DNA from: Octopus sinensis
Taxonomy: Eukaryota
Direction of reading: 5' to 3'
Length of the DNA: 64,000 bases
Assembly: GCF_006345805.1 (NCBI RefSeq)
Contig: NC_043012.1
Span: forward strand, 45,694,001-45,758,000
Of the stretch, positions 50,961 to 64,000 are shown piece after piece. The notes under the pieces were generated by a model. The model ran no database searches, was not told the origin of the DNA, and worked only from the letters and a program-made list of their open reading frames with translations. A program made the translations under genes and the position numbers. Position 1 is the first letter of the stretch; every line of letters starts with the position of its first letter.

Positions 50961-52214
50961 AAAGAGAGTAATTGACTACCTATAAAAGTAAAACTATATA
51001 CTTTACAGGATTCTAGGCAAGAAATATATTATAATTTTCAATAGAGTTCCATAATCCATATCAACAAAAATTAAGTACTTTTAGCTCCGCGTGTTATACA
51101 TTACTACATTACACCCTTACTGTTTGATCAAAGTAAAATTGTTCTTGTTATCCCATCATTTTTTTATAAATTGCATAGGTATAATATAATATTCCATAAA
51201 TGTAACTGTAAGGACTATATGTCTAAACGGGACGAAATGTGTAGATATAATAGTTTTATTCAGCGTAATTTCATTTTTCTGATTTCGTTTCCCGAATTAT
51301 GCAATTATTTGGGAATGAAAATTCGAGGAAAATTTCGGGAAAAAATCTGGAAACTATTCTTTTTGACTGCAACCACGTCATGGCTTCCTAGATGTCAGAT
51401 CAGGCTTAGATGTTATGGATGAGTTTGCTTGCCCCTCTCCATTTTAACCAATCAGATGTCCAAGTAAAGAAGGCATGATTTTTTGACATTTAGCAAAAGT
51501 GTTCGATTCTGTTATATAAATTTCTGATAAACTACTTACTGGTTGAGTAAACAATTAACTATCCTCCATTCACTTTGTATACGTGTAGATAAATTTCTGA
51601 CATTTTAATCTAAACCCAATTTCGTTTTATTATTTTTACTCTTTGTTCTAAAACTGCACACACATTGTGCAATGTTTATTTATATTTAATTTCTTTGTAT
51701 ATAGGCGTTTGTTTCCGTGGCAAAACAAAAGGAAAAAAATCAATATCAAATAAAGTAAATCTACTGTTAAAATCGTTAATTTTATAACCGATCTACTATT
51801 GACCCATAACAGTTTTTATTTTATGTAAAATCAATTCTACCAACTTCTTAATTATTTCTAACTCTGTTTTAGATGTATTAATGATGTTACAATTGGGGTT
51901 ACTAAGAAAATGAGGTTTATGATACTAAAAATTTAAGAAAATTTGTTCTACGGGAGGAAATTTTTTCGCTGTCACCTATTTTAAGAGTAACTGGTACAAC
52001 AATAACATCTGCATTAATAGAAATCTATGTGCTGGTCACTCATTCTTTATAAATACTGATGATATTCATTGATATAAAAAGTGTGTCGAATATCAATTGA
52101 ACAAATTATTACCTTTTCGCGCACCATACTCTTATTTCCACAGCTACCATATTTTTAAGTTTCTGCTTTATTCTGTCTTACCCGACAACCTATTTTCATC
52201 TACTTATTCTTTTT

Positions 52215-52563
52215 TTTCTCTTACTTGATTCAGTCATTAGCGTACGGCCATGCTAGGGCACCGTCTTGGAGAACATCAGATAAACGAAATGAACCAAATA
52301 CATATGTGAAAGTCTGATGCTCATTCTATCAAGTCATTTGCCGAACCGCTAGTTTACGGGGATGTAAACACAACAACATCGGTTGTGAAGCGATGGTGAG
52401 GGACAAACAAACTCACACACATATTACATATATATATATATACGAGGTTTTGCTCGGCCCGAGGCTATAGTAGAAGACGCATGCCCAAGTTGACACATAG
52501 TGTGACTGAACCCGGAACCATGTGGTTGGGAAGCAAGTTTCTTACCATATACCCACTCCTGTG

Positions 52564-52567
<4 letters not shown>
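52215..52567 (-). mobile_element. SINE family B (CORE-like), near full length
   Basis: Minus strand AGGCACAGGAGTGG head, GGGTTCAGTC B-box, CTTGGGCA core, tail AAGACGGTGCCCTAGCATGGCC...TGACTGAATCAAGTAAGAG. Confidence 0.85.
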
Positions 52568-52626
<59 letters not shown>

Positions 52627-53595
52627 CTTATGATTAAAGGCAGATTTTCTCTGTCTGTGACTATATTTCTTTTTAATACAATTATACAATATAGAATTTC
52701 TTCAATTGGAATTTACCTATGATTTTTCGAAGTAGATTAGACTGGGTCATGGCATATACATTTTTTTCAATTTGACCCCCAATTAAGCAAAAATTCGAGA
52801 AAACTAAATAGTTTACGATTTCCCTCTCTCATTTCAAGTGCTTCACTCCTTCTATTACCACACTTTCTCCTACTTTCTCTTTACACACATAGACACGCAA
52901 ACATATACACATATGACAGTGACAAACACAAATGTTTCAAACAACTACATACAAACACTCAAACACACACACACGTGTATGTGTTTGTTATTAGTAAAAA
53001 AAGGCGACAAACACAGTCCACTTTCTCATTCGAACACATTTGCAAATACACACCAACAATTCACTGACATATGGTGAGTAGATGCTAGCCGCTCACATTA
53101 TGAGTTACACTATTACACCAATTGTACTGGGACTGTTTATCTACTTCCCGTTAGTTTTTAGTGTCGAGGAAACAAAACTTTCTCGAGAAATAACAAAAAA
53201 AAAACACTCCTAGATTTCACAAAGGACTTTAAGAAACGATAGGAACTAAGTTCAGTTGAAGAAAAGAGACGGATTTAAGGAAATCAGACGGTCGAATTGC
53301 CATGATAACTCAACAGAAAAGGTAAATTGGCTTTTAATTTACTTTCTGTCGCTAAGTTTTTGTAGTATTAATTTGCGAGCGTACTTCAGTTGTCAATTGT
53401 TGACAGAAAGAAATTGTAAGCTAAGAAGGTGTGTGTGTGTGTGTGTGTGTTTGTGCGTGCGTGCGTGTGTGTGTGTGTCTGTGTGTGTGTGTGTGTGAGT
53501 GTGTGTGTGTGTGTGTGTGCTTAGGAAGTGAAGGATAAAAATATGACAAGAAGTGGACAGATGTACATATATACATACATACATCCATACATACA

Positions 53596-53633
<38 letters not shown>

Positions 53634-53652
53634 TATTAATGTATGTGTGTTA

Positions 53653-54040
53653 TCTCTCTCTATATAAAGCTGAAGTTGTCTGTGTGCGCCAGGTTTGGTA
53701 GCCTTCAACTAACACAATCTCCTCCCAGACCCGGCGGCGCAAGTTGACCAAAATTGAGAGTATGATAGAAGGGTTGCTCTTCATTCCGTAGAAGATAAAA
53801 TTCAAATCGGACCATGTTAACACCAAAAATTATTTACATCAAAAAGGTGCTTTTTTCTATGAAAATCCCTATTTTTTACGATTTTTTCACTGCTGTGTCG
53901 CCACTTTTCGGTGTATTTCAGCCAGAAAAATGTTCACCCGAAGAGAGTAACAAGCTACATAATACAAAATTTTTACTTTTCAAAAATTCCAATTCCAGCG
54001 GGTCGAAACAAACCCGAGCAACGCCGGGCGATACTGCTAG
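53653..54040 (+). mobile_element. Complete non-autonomous Helitron (388 bp)
   Basis: A|TC 5' end, 3' hairpin CCCG agcaacgc CGGG (54013-54028), terminal CTAG (54037-54040) followed by T. Confidence 0.88.
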
Positions 54041-54527
54041 TACATATGTAATTGGAGCATAAATTAACCGCATGAAGAGATGGTTGCATCGAAGAATATA
54101 CTGGTTCAATACCTAATATTTTAGGGAAATGAAATTCTCTTAAAACAATAAGTATGTCTTATGCGAAGTATATTGGGTTTCTCAAGAAGTTTTATTTTTT
54201 TGCCTCAACTTCGTTTAGCAAAACCAAAAATTTTATTAAAATAAAGGCATGCTTAATTATTTTTTAATGAAAACACTGATTGGTTTTTATTCAGCAAATA
54301 TAATTCAGCACCGTCCATTGGACGGGGTGCGTTTTGGTTATATATATATATATAGAGAGAGAGAGAGACAGACAGACAGAGACAGAGAGAGAAAGAGAGA
54401 GAGAGAGAAAGGCATGTTTCAAAATAAAAATTCTACATGTGGAATAAATAGGGGAAAAGTAAAAAGATAACAGAGATGCTCATGAGATATAAAAAATGAA
54501 GGCTTTTTTGAGAAAGGCAAAAATATA

Positions 54528-55038
54528 TATTTGAGGTAGAATTATGAAGTATATAAATCATTATAAATCATAGCTGTATCGTCAGAGCAGGTAACTGAAT
54601 ATGACTGAACACCGATTTCCAAACGGTGTTGTGTTTTTACCTGAGTGGAAAGATTACATGCAAATAGTTCTGGAAGTGATGCAATTAAGATGTTCACAGA
54701 ACACCTCAGTACAGCAAATATTAAATAAAGAGGCAACTTTCATTAATAAATATCATCCACAACTCAACATGAATACACAACTTAATACAGGACACTACAA
54801 ACCTTACCAATGCCATTAATTCCCGCTAATCTCCATACATCCCATACATCATTCATAATCCAGTATTTATAACTACTTTAATTGCACCACTTCAATAACT
54901 GCTTACCTCCCTTGCATGTAATCCTTTCACTCAGGTACTATTGGATGTTAGTCATCAGCTCTGACGATACGGGTATGACTCTGATTCTATATAATGATTC
55001 ATAATAATGACATATACTTCATAATTCCACCTCAAATA
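54528..55038 (+). mobile_element. Penelope-like fragment: GIY-YIG C-terminus between inverted repeats of about 155 bp
   Basis: QILNKEATFINKYHPQLN in ORF 54601-54819; arms 54528-54686 and 54880-55038 are diverged reverse complements. Confidence 0.7.
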
Positions 55039-55129
55039 ATCTCATTGCATGTATATATCTTTACCTTGCTTCCATCGTCCATCTTTCTTTTACTCACGTA
55101 AAGAAGTGCTTTGCCTTGATCCATTCCCT

Positions 55130-55330
55130 CCTAGTAGCAAACAATTTCAAACACTTTCTTTTCCGTCAGTGTGTCGTATAGACCAGATGCCTTGTCAAAG
55201 ACAATATTCCACCAGCGTTCGCTGATTTACCTCGTCTAGCCTAACGTCCCTCCATGATTGTTTTACTTTGGTTTGTTGTATGTCTCCACTGTCCTGTTTT
55301 TCTTATCAACTTTGACTCTCCGCAATTGCC
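55130..55330 (-). mobile_element. Possible decayed RTE ORF C-terminus
   Basis: KTIMEG...RRGK...RWWNI resembles RTE C-terminal motifs; broken frames. Confidence 0.35.
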
Positions 55331-55544
55331 AAATCTTAACTTGGTTTGAGGGAGCAACTACCTTTCGAAGTCTAATGTGGTCGTTAGTTGCTCGAAATGA
55401 GTAGATGGACAGCTGGCAACTGATGCAGGGTAACTTTTTATGTTACTTGTCTTGTTTTCCATTTTTTTCTCTCGTTGTTCGCATACCCAAGTTTGTCTTT
55501 CTATTTCATGTTGCTGACGTCTTGTAACGTCCTGTACCCATATA

Positions 55545-55599
<55 letters not shown>

Positions 55600-56077
55600 T
55601 ACACACACACATATATATATTTACACATATATATGTATGTATGTATATGTATATTTTTGGAAAATTTTATACTTATTTACAATTTTTTACATTACTGCTT
55701 AAAATTTCAAACGCTTTTATAACTGCGCATCGCTGATAACAGAAATGTGATTACCGAAGTTGAAAAGATGGATCTACGTATTCACATATTCCCTGAAACG
55801 GCCGTAAGATGTTTTTTGTGTTATTTGATTCATTCGAGGAATTTCTATTAAATAACTGTCATCTTATACACTCATGACTTGTAACATATTGTATATATTC
55901 ATCTGTATATGTATATATAGGCTGTCATCCCACCTTAATTTCGAATGGGATTATATGAACAAAAATATATACGGTATAATAAAAATATATGCATATATAG
56001 TTATGCCACCGGCTTGGATATGTGTTGATTTTAACCATGAATAATTAGATACCTGAATCTGTTGACCTTTATTGAAT

Positions 56078-56125
<48 letters not shown>

Positions 56126-56211
56126 ACATGCACACACACATATATATATATATATAAACGTTCACATACACACGCACATACACATACATATATACGCATG
56201 CATACACATAC

Positions 56212-56264
<53 letters not shown>

Positions 56265-56444
56265 TATGTATGTATTCTCAGTATCCATCACCCCTAAAAA
56301 TGAAATGAATGTAGATCCATATTAATCAATCAGCGCGCATTGGATAATGAAATTTTGAATTAGTGTGTCTGAACCATAGCACATCTAAGAAAGTGCATGG
56401 CCTCATAGATCATCAATATGCATGTATATATATATATATATATA

Positions 56445-56615
56445 TAGGCCTAGGAGTGGTTGTGTAGTAAGTAGCTGGCTTACCAAGCACATCGTTCCGG
56501 GTTCAGTCCCACTGCGTGGCACCTTGGGCAAATGTTTTCTATCATAGCTTCGGCCCAACTAAAGCCTTGTGAGTGGATTTGGTGGACGGAAACTGAAAAA
56601 AGCCTCTCGTATATA

Positions 56616-56708
<93 letters not shown>

Positions 56709-56756
56709 GGGACTATATTTGATTTGCATAATATTGTGGTTTTATCTCCAATTTAT

Positions 56757-56788
<32 letters not shown>

Positions 56789-56990
56789 CATGTGTCTATA
56801 TGTTTCTGTGTCTGTGTTTGTGCCGCCAAAATCGCTTGACAACCGATGCTGGTGTAGCGGTTCGGTAAAAAAGACAGATAGAATGAGTACTATACTTACA
56901 AAGATTACGTCCTGGGGGCGATTTGCTCGACTAAAGGCGGTGCTCCAGCATGGCCATAGTCAAATGCCTGACACCAGTAAAATAGAAAAA
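56445..56990 (+). mobile_element. SINE family B (CORE-like), full length with expanded internal (TA)n
   Basis: GGAGTGGTTGTGTAGTAAG A-box-like, CCGGGTTCAGTCCC B-box, GCACCTTGGGCAAATG core, tail AAAGGCGGTGCTCCAGCATGGCC...CCAGTAAAATAG. Confidence 0.88.
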
Positions 56991-57821
56991 GAGTCTGTGT
57001 GTGTATATGTATATATATATATTTGCGATAGAGGCAGTATTAATACCGAGAGCTAATATTTGTCCACACTTAAACCGAAACCGATACCTAGAAGTCCTTC
57101 GGTGCTAAACGAATTTGTCTAACTATATTAAACTATTACATACCAATAAATTCGAATAGAATTAATATCCAAAGTAATTCTTCATGTATGACAAGTAAGT
57201 CAAAATATCATTAGAAGAATTTCAAGAAATCCAGAGTAATTGGCAACATCAAAAACAATAGATAAATTCACATCAGTAACTGATGATTATACTATACGTT
57301 AACGAAGATGATTTCTATAGTACTAGCATATTTGAATATAGAAAAGAATTACAAAATACCAGTCAATGAATACACCCGAAAATTTATGCTAACACAATGT
57401 TATCAAGGTAACCAAAACGGTCTAAATTCAAGGAGTGATAATATTACTAATGCATCAACGCATACAAAAATACCGTTAACCGGAAATATAATATTCTCAG
57501 AAAAGCCAGTTTAGTATTTCAACTTATGATAATGCCAGTAGATAACGAAAGAATAAGAAATAAGCATTGGGATTCTACATCATGATATTTAGCTATTAAT
57601 ATATGCTAAACGATTTATGAAAATGATGTTTATCACATTGTAACAAAAGCAATTATAATAATGAAAACGTCATTTACTATTGAAATATTTTCACTCTTCT
57701 ATATTTATGGGGACATTTTAATCTACGATTGTTTCTACAATTTAATGATTCTAAATCTGCAGTAATCATATAATAAATTTTCTCTAGACAAAGCTCAGAT
57801 TTATATATATATATATATATA

Positions 57822-58340
57822 TGCCCCCTCGTTATCGAGTATGGCCATTGCACGAAGCTTAATCAATGTTGTTATCGTGCAATGCCTGTGCAAGAAGATA
57901 TTTTTTAAGTTAGGAAAGGCTGTGCACTGAGTCAATCCCACTCACTAAGCAGCAGCAGCCATAATCCGAAAAGAAGAACAAGTCAACATCATCGGTAACC
58001 ACTGAGCCGCAGGTTTTATGTCGGTGTTATCCCAGTTACCTGAGTTGCCTTCTCCTAGAAGAATGCCCTGACAAAGGCTAGGAGTCCTTCACTCCCAATG
58101 GTTTAAACACGCAATCGGGTATTCAGTCCGATTATTTCTATGTCCCCGCGCATGATACAGCTTTAAGACATTTATTGGATGGCCGTTGACTCTCAAGAGT
58201 TCCTCCGCCCTTTGACGGGTTTTGTTTTTCAACCCGCAGGATGACCAATAAACACCCTCCTCACCAAGCGAGCTAGGTGGGGTTGCCGATTTAGTCGCCG
58301 ACGACCCGACCATGCAACAGGTAGTACTGGGTTACATGTT
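57822..58340 (-). mobile_element. RTE-derived non-autonomous element (5' UTR-like portion joined to an RTE 3' tail)
   Basis: 5' part has motifs I recall from RTE 5' UTRs (GGTCGGGTCGTC.GCGACTAAA, CTAGGAGAAGG.AACTC); the end CTCG ATAA CGAG GGGGCA matches the RTE tail at 22993-23011. Confidence 0.55.
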
Positions 58341-58429
58341 ACACATACATACATACATACATACACACACCTATATATATATATATATATTATATATATA
58401 TATACATAGGCCACGACAGAAAGAGAAGA

Positions 58430-58625
58430 TGTTCTTGATTTCGAGAATTTAAAATTTAAGCAGACAATATTTACATATCGCCAAAGGAAACCCAACTAGA
58501 TCTCATAATGCAGAGCAGTGGTTATATAATCAAGTACCTGTACCCTTCGAGAACTACGTTGGGTGGAAATAATTGTAGCGATTAAAAAATAAATGTCCTT
58601 CCGTAATCCTTCTTGTTGACTCGAA
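58430..58625 (+). repeat. Unclassified dispersed repeat (second copy of 35170-35365)
   Basis: Colinear similarity to 35170-35365. Confidence 0.75.
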
Positions 58626-59783
58626 ACTTTTCAGTTACTGTTTACACACGACGGATGTCCAAACGCAAACTTCGAAGTTCGTATTATACTACTACTGGAT
58701 AACACAGTGTAAATCTGAAGGTGGACGAGATTTATACTGTACGCTTCTGCATTCTAAAGAGAATATACTATAACTATATATATAACAGTGTATGTGTGTG
58801 TGCATACGTGTATAATTATTTCGAAACATTGATAATATATCGATTCTTCGAAATAATTATACTTTATGTTTGATAATATATAAGAATGGTTATGGTCACT
58901 TGAATGTCATCTTGAATGATACTGCTAGATGCAATTAACTTTGATGGATCGTGGAATGGGGAAATCAAAATCAATCCATCAGGTGGAGGTTGAAATACTT
59001 TCGTTCTTTATTTCAATGTTCTGCTGAGTCAGTCTAATTATTTTTTTATTTTTTAAACTACAGATAAATCGGAGGCATAATAAACTGATAAAAGTTGTTG
59101 TATAATGGGATGTTTTATTCTAGTTTTAATGGCAATGTGTCAGTATTAGTTACAGAAGTATTTCGTTGGAAAACGACCATTTTAATTCACTTCATGTAGA
59201 AGAAATGTAAGAAATAGCAACAGCACTTTTGAGAACATAAACTGTATTATGATTCTTTTATAGCCAGTATAATAGTAGTTGAGAGCAATAGAAAACGATG
59301 TAGAATCCTTTTGATATTACTATATTATAAATATGATGAAATGACTATTAAGCATAATGCGCAAAATAGAGGAAAGTTTACATCAATCAGATCTAGCAAA
59401 GTTATGAATATTCAACTTGGTTATAAACTTTCACTTTAACAAAAGAAATATTGAATTCTTATAAAATTTAACATCGATTGTGTCGATATTGTGTCTTTCT
59501 AATGATACATTGGATTGGTACGTTTATGTGAAAGTGGAATTTTAATTTGCCTACATAAGAACCGAATAGTATATACTTACAATGTCCATTTGCAGATACA
59601 CTTTTATCCTAAAGTAAAATCTCTTTTCACTCAGAGTGCAATAGGTGGATGGGCTTTCATAAACATAGCAATATGAATTATTTCATCGGAACAAACCTTA
59701 GCGCGTACTTACACTAAATCTTTGACATATATACAGAAAACATGTCCACACACACACGCACTGACAGTTACATGCACTCAGAC

Positions 59784-59855
<72 letters not shown>

Positions 59856-60329
59856 GCATATGCATGTATATAGGTATAAACATATTTCACATAATGCATA
59901 CATGACTACATATATCAATATATTTATAGATATACATATACACACATCTGTATCTACCAATCTATCTACCTATCTTTCTGTCTATGTGTGTGTATATATG
60001 CATGTGTGTGTGTGTGGGATGTATGCATATATATATTTATATATATGTACGTACGTACGGATTTTCAAAAGAAAAAATAAACAGCACTGATTTGTTACAA
60101 CGCTTCGTATCCGAATACGTAAACAACAATGCGATCGAAGGTGGGAAAGAGGTAATGGGTATACATGCATATTTCAGGGTTCTTTCTCCTTCTTCTGCAC
60201 TTCATCCAACCCATTGTCCAACAACAAACGTGTTGCTTATTATATACATGTGTGTATTTGTGTGTGTGTGTGGGTGGGGTATATAATATTTCTCTTGTAT
60301 GATAATCAAATATTTGAAATAGTAATAAT

Positions 60330-60510
60330 GGTTTCAAATTTGGGCACAGTGCCGCCAAATTTGCTTGTAGGGTTAAGTCGTCTATATCGATCAACAGGTG
60401 CTTATTTTATCGACACTGAAAGAATGAAACGCAAAGTTGATCTGAGCTCCATTTGAACATCAGAACGTAAAGACGGAGGAAATGCTGTTAAGAATTTTGT
60501 CCGGCAATTC
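60330..60510 (-). mobile_element. SINE family A, diverged
   Basis: Reverse complement ...CCGTCTTTACGTTCTGATGTTCAAAT...AACTTTGCGTTTCATTCTTTCAGTGTCGATAAAATAAG. Confidence 0.75.
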
Positions 60511-60514
60511 CTTA

Positions 60515-60700
60515 GCAGTCTGGTCAAAATGCTTAGCGGTATTTCGTCCGTTTTCACGTTCTGAGTTCATATTTCGCTGAAGTCCAATTTGGTTTGAAAC
60601 CTTTCGGGATCTAGAAATTAAGTGCCAATTGAATACTGAGATCGAATTTAATCGAGTCCCTCCTTTACCCCGAAATTCTTGGTCATGTGCTAAAACTGGA
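60515..60700 (+). mobile_element. SINE family A, diverged
   Basis: AAAATGCTTAGCGGTATTTCGTCCG...GTTCTGAGTTCA... Confidence 0.78.
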
Positions 60701-60801
60701 AACCAATATTGCGACATACTTTCAAACTGTGTTCTCACCTGTACGTGTCGTAGTTCTGCAAGTCTTTTCTTACACACACCCACACACACACGCACACACA
60801 T

Positions 60802-60842
<41 letters not shown>

Positions 60843-63259
60843 ACCAGACACGCATGCGCGCATACACACATGCGCGCATTCACACATGCATATATATGTG
60901 CGTGTTTCAGTGTCTGCATGTGTTTATGAAATATACATTTTTGAATATGAATGTTTTTTCAGAAGCTTACTTATGTCCTTGAAAAGTACGCTACTTACTG
61001 ACATATACAGAATTTGTTGTTGGAATAGAAAGATCTGCATTGCCATTCATTTCAGAGAAAATAAAGGGAGTATTCTCACATATCCACAAGTATGGATGTG
61101 AAAATAAGTGTATAGCTACAAGCACGCACCACACATGCGCTTGCACCCCAGCACATAACACACATACACATACATATATATCACACACATCTACTCTTAA
61201 TATTTTGTTGGTCTTAATGCGCTAAGCACTAAACTTCACATTACTGTGCAACCACTTCATACCAAAATATTCGTGAATGTGGGAATTAAATAAAAAAAAA
61301 ACGTGTTTCATGTGTTTCAATTGAATTGTTCCTGGTACCATATCAGAATTTAAGTAACACGTCAATTGTACATACTAAAATTAACTTGAAAGAGCTCACA
61401 TGTTGCACGAAAATAAAATATGAATACCAAATGCAGACTGCTAACCGAAGAAAACTATATTAAGGAATTTGGCAACATGGCATCATGCATTGAAATCAAA
61501 CATTAACTCTATATTATTACATATTTATTCCAACATGAAACTAAAATGGTAACTTGCACCCAGAAATACTCACAATTACATGCGTACAGATTTCTTACTG
61601 AATGATCTGTTGTAGACTACAAAGTCATTTGTTACCATCCTCGGGTTTCCTTATTTCCCCATTTAAATACAGCTTAGATTAGCAGAACTGTTACGTATCT
61701 TTATGTTCCGTCTCACGAACACGCACACATACGCATCTCCACACACTTACACGCCTACATTCACATAAATACATTAGTATACGTCACAAACACACATATA
61801 TATATATATGTATATATATATACCCATCTGCCACACTAATAAACCTGCAAACATGTGTGTGTGCGTATGTACTTGTTTGTTTGTGTGTGTATTTGTGTGT
61901 ATGTGTGATGTGTGTGTGTGTGTGTTGTGTGTATGTGTATTAATAGAGTCACATATTGAAACGCACATTGATATACTGAAATCTTCTACTGACATAATAT
62001 CAATCTCACAAAAGTCTCAAATTTCCTTATTACGTATACTGAAACAGAACAGGTTTAAAGAAGTCATGTTGTAAAAACATCTCCCTCATTCTCTCTCCTT
62101 TACAGAACATTGAGATATTTGATATTTTTCTTGGTATCAATCGTTAATGAATTGATTTATGACGAATTTAGTGATGATATACAAAAGAGAAGTAGAATAA
62201 AGTAGAGTCATTACCTGATGTGAATTGTGTGACATAGTTTGTATATTTTTGAATGTTATACTATGTGAAGTTATGCACCATTCTTTCTTAAGATATATAC
62301 AATAATAACGATTCATTTGTGTTGGTGACCACTTGTATGTTTTCACACACGCGTTTCCAATTTGATAGAAACTTGTCATTTGTAAGAAAGAGCTATTCAA
62401 GCAGGACAGCCAACGTGTTAGAAACAGTAAACTCCTCTTCCTAGAATCCCTCTGTGATTCTAGATTTGAATAATGTTAGTAGATCTGGATGATGATGGTG
62501 TATGAAGTACTAACAGCCGGAATGGTTACAGTTGCAATACATTTGTACAAAAGTCTGCCCGATCAGGACTTATTTCAGTCAATACGCGAATGCATGTCAA
62601 AGCCATTTACAGACAGATACACTCGAACATCGTGCTGTTTTATGATGACCATAGGCTAGTTCATATGCGGTAATACGAACCCACAGCACTCCAGCACGTA
62701 GGTAAACATCATTTAGGATTATGTACTAGTGATTCATGTGCTTCGGTATATTGATGCAAATATTGACTAAAAGATATGTTTTAATTGTTACAAGAAGTGA
62801 AATATCATTTTCGGATGGAAGTGAAAATTCTCACAAGATCGTTCATTAATAAAATGTTCATTCTTCTATAGAATTGGACTTTGGAAAAGAGAAATTACCG
62901 GAGAATTTCCAAATGTTTTATGCGAGGAATCTGACCGTGAATAAATCAATATAGACTTAATCAATCGGCAGAATAAACAAGTTTCAGTAGAAATGATTTG
63001 GTTTAATATAGGAAATTATGATTACATCTGAAATTCATAAGTAACGCACCATTTAATATATTTTAACGAAGCAGAAAATCTTAATATCTCAGCAGTGGAA
63101 TTAAAATATATAAAGCGACAAAAATAAATATAAAAGTTAATTATAAATGGAAATGATCTCCGTTTCTCAATTATTCAGCTATGTACACACACGCACACAT
63201 ATGTGTATATGTTTGCATTTCTATGTGTGTTTGTGTATATGTTTGCATTTCTATTTGTT

Positions 63260-63313
63260 TATATATATATATATATATAATATATATAATATATATATAT
63301 ATATAATTATATA

Positions 63314-63345
<32 letters not shown>

Positions 63346-63545
63346 ATATATATATGTATGTATGTATGGATGTATGTATATATATATATATATGTATATA
63401 TATATGTATATATATATTATATATATATATAATATATATAATATATATAATATATACATATATATACGCATATACATGAGTATGTGTGTGTGTATGTCTA
63501 TAGGTACACACATACATGTATATATATATATACACACATACATAC
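63260..63545. repeat. Compound (TA)n/(TG)n microsatellite
   Basis: Direct inspection. Confidence 0.92.
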
Positions 63546-64000
63546 ATAGATTTATATATGCTTCTCGTACTCCTGACTCGGTTTCTCATTCGCCATCTCT
63601 CTATACATAGAGAAATAGATGGACAAGACAAATTGATGATAGATAGGTAGATAATTGAATTGACTACTAATCAACTTGAACTAACGTTGTAAACAAATCA
63701 ATGATTTCCTTCTCCAAATTTCCTTTCAAATAATTTTCATTCGGCGTAAAATGTTAAAAAAAAAACTTTCGTTTCCAAACATATTACGATCCCGGTGCTC
63801 TTTGATATACAATTATCAATTCCCACTTACATTTTAGTGTGACAGTTAGTACTAATGGATTGTATGTGGTATAAAAAGCTGTAATAGTTGATACAGTAGT
63901 AATTTATCTTGTATTATCTCACTTCCCTGTAAAGTATCTGGTCAACATTATACCATTGAAATACAACATATTTGACTTTTAAGTAAATATGCTTTAAATG

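Overview
AT-rich, microsatellite-dense eukaryotic non-coding DNA made almost entirely of transposable-element debris. The SINE sequences and repeat landscape resemble an Octopus (coleoid cephalopod) genome; this is recognition from memory, not a database result. I can support no host protein-coding gene, rRNA, tRNA gene or CRISPR array, and most ORFs in the track are microsatellite artefacts. Elements identified: two copies of a CR1/L2-group LINE (one near full-length but broken), RTE LINE remnants, R4/Dong-type restriction-endonuclease LINE fragments (three stacked in a TAA microsatellite), Penelope-like elements, Tc1/mariner remnants, a MITE, Helitron/Helentron non-autonomous elements and two tRNA-derived SINE families. 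The most notable observations: (1) a 2.3-kb element bounded by 192-bp apparently perfect inverted repeats, each carrying a complete minimal type I hammerhead ribozyme; (2) a LINE 3' UTR with a GGAU-loop hairpin that matches the tail of one SINE family, suggesting a LINE-SINE partnership; (3) a LINE ORF1 that appears to combine a Myb/SANT-like domain with a CCCH zinc finger; (4) a probable bipartite RTE-derived non-autonomous retroposon. Element boundaries are approximate unless a terminal motif is quoted.
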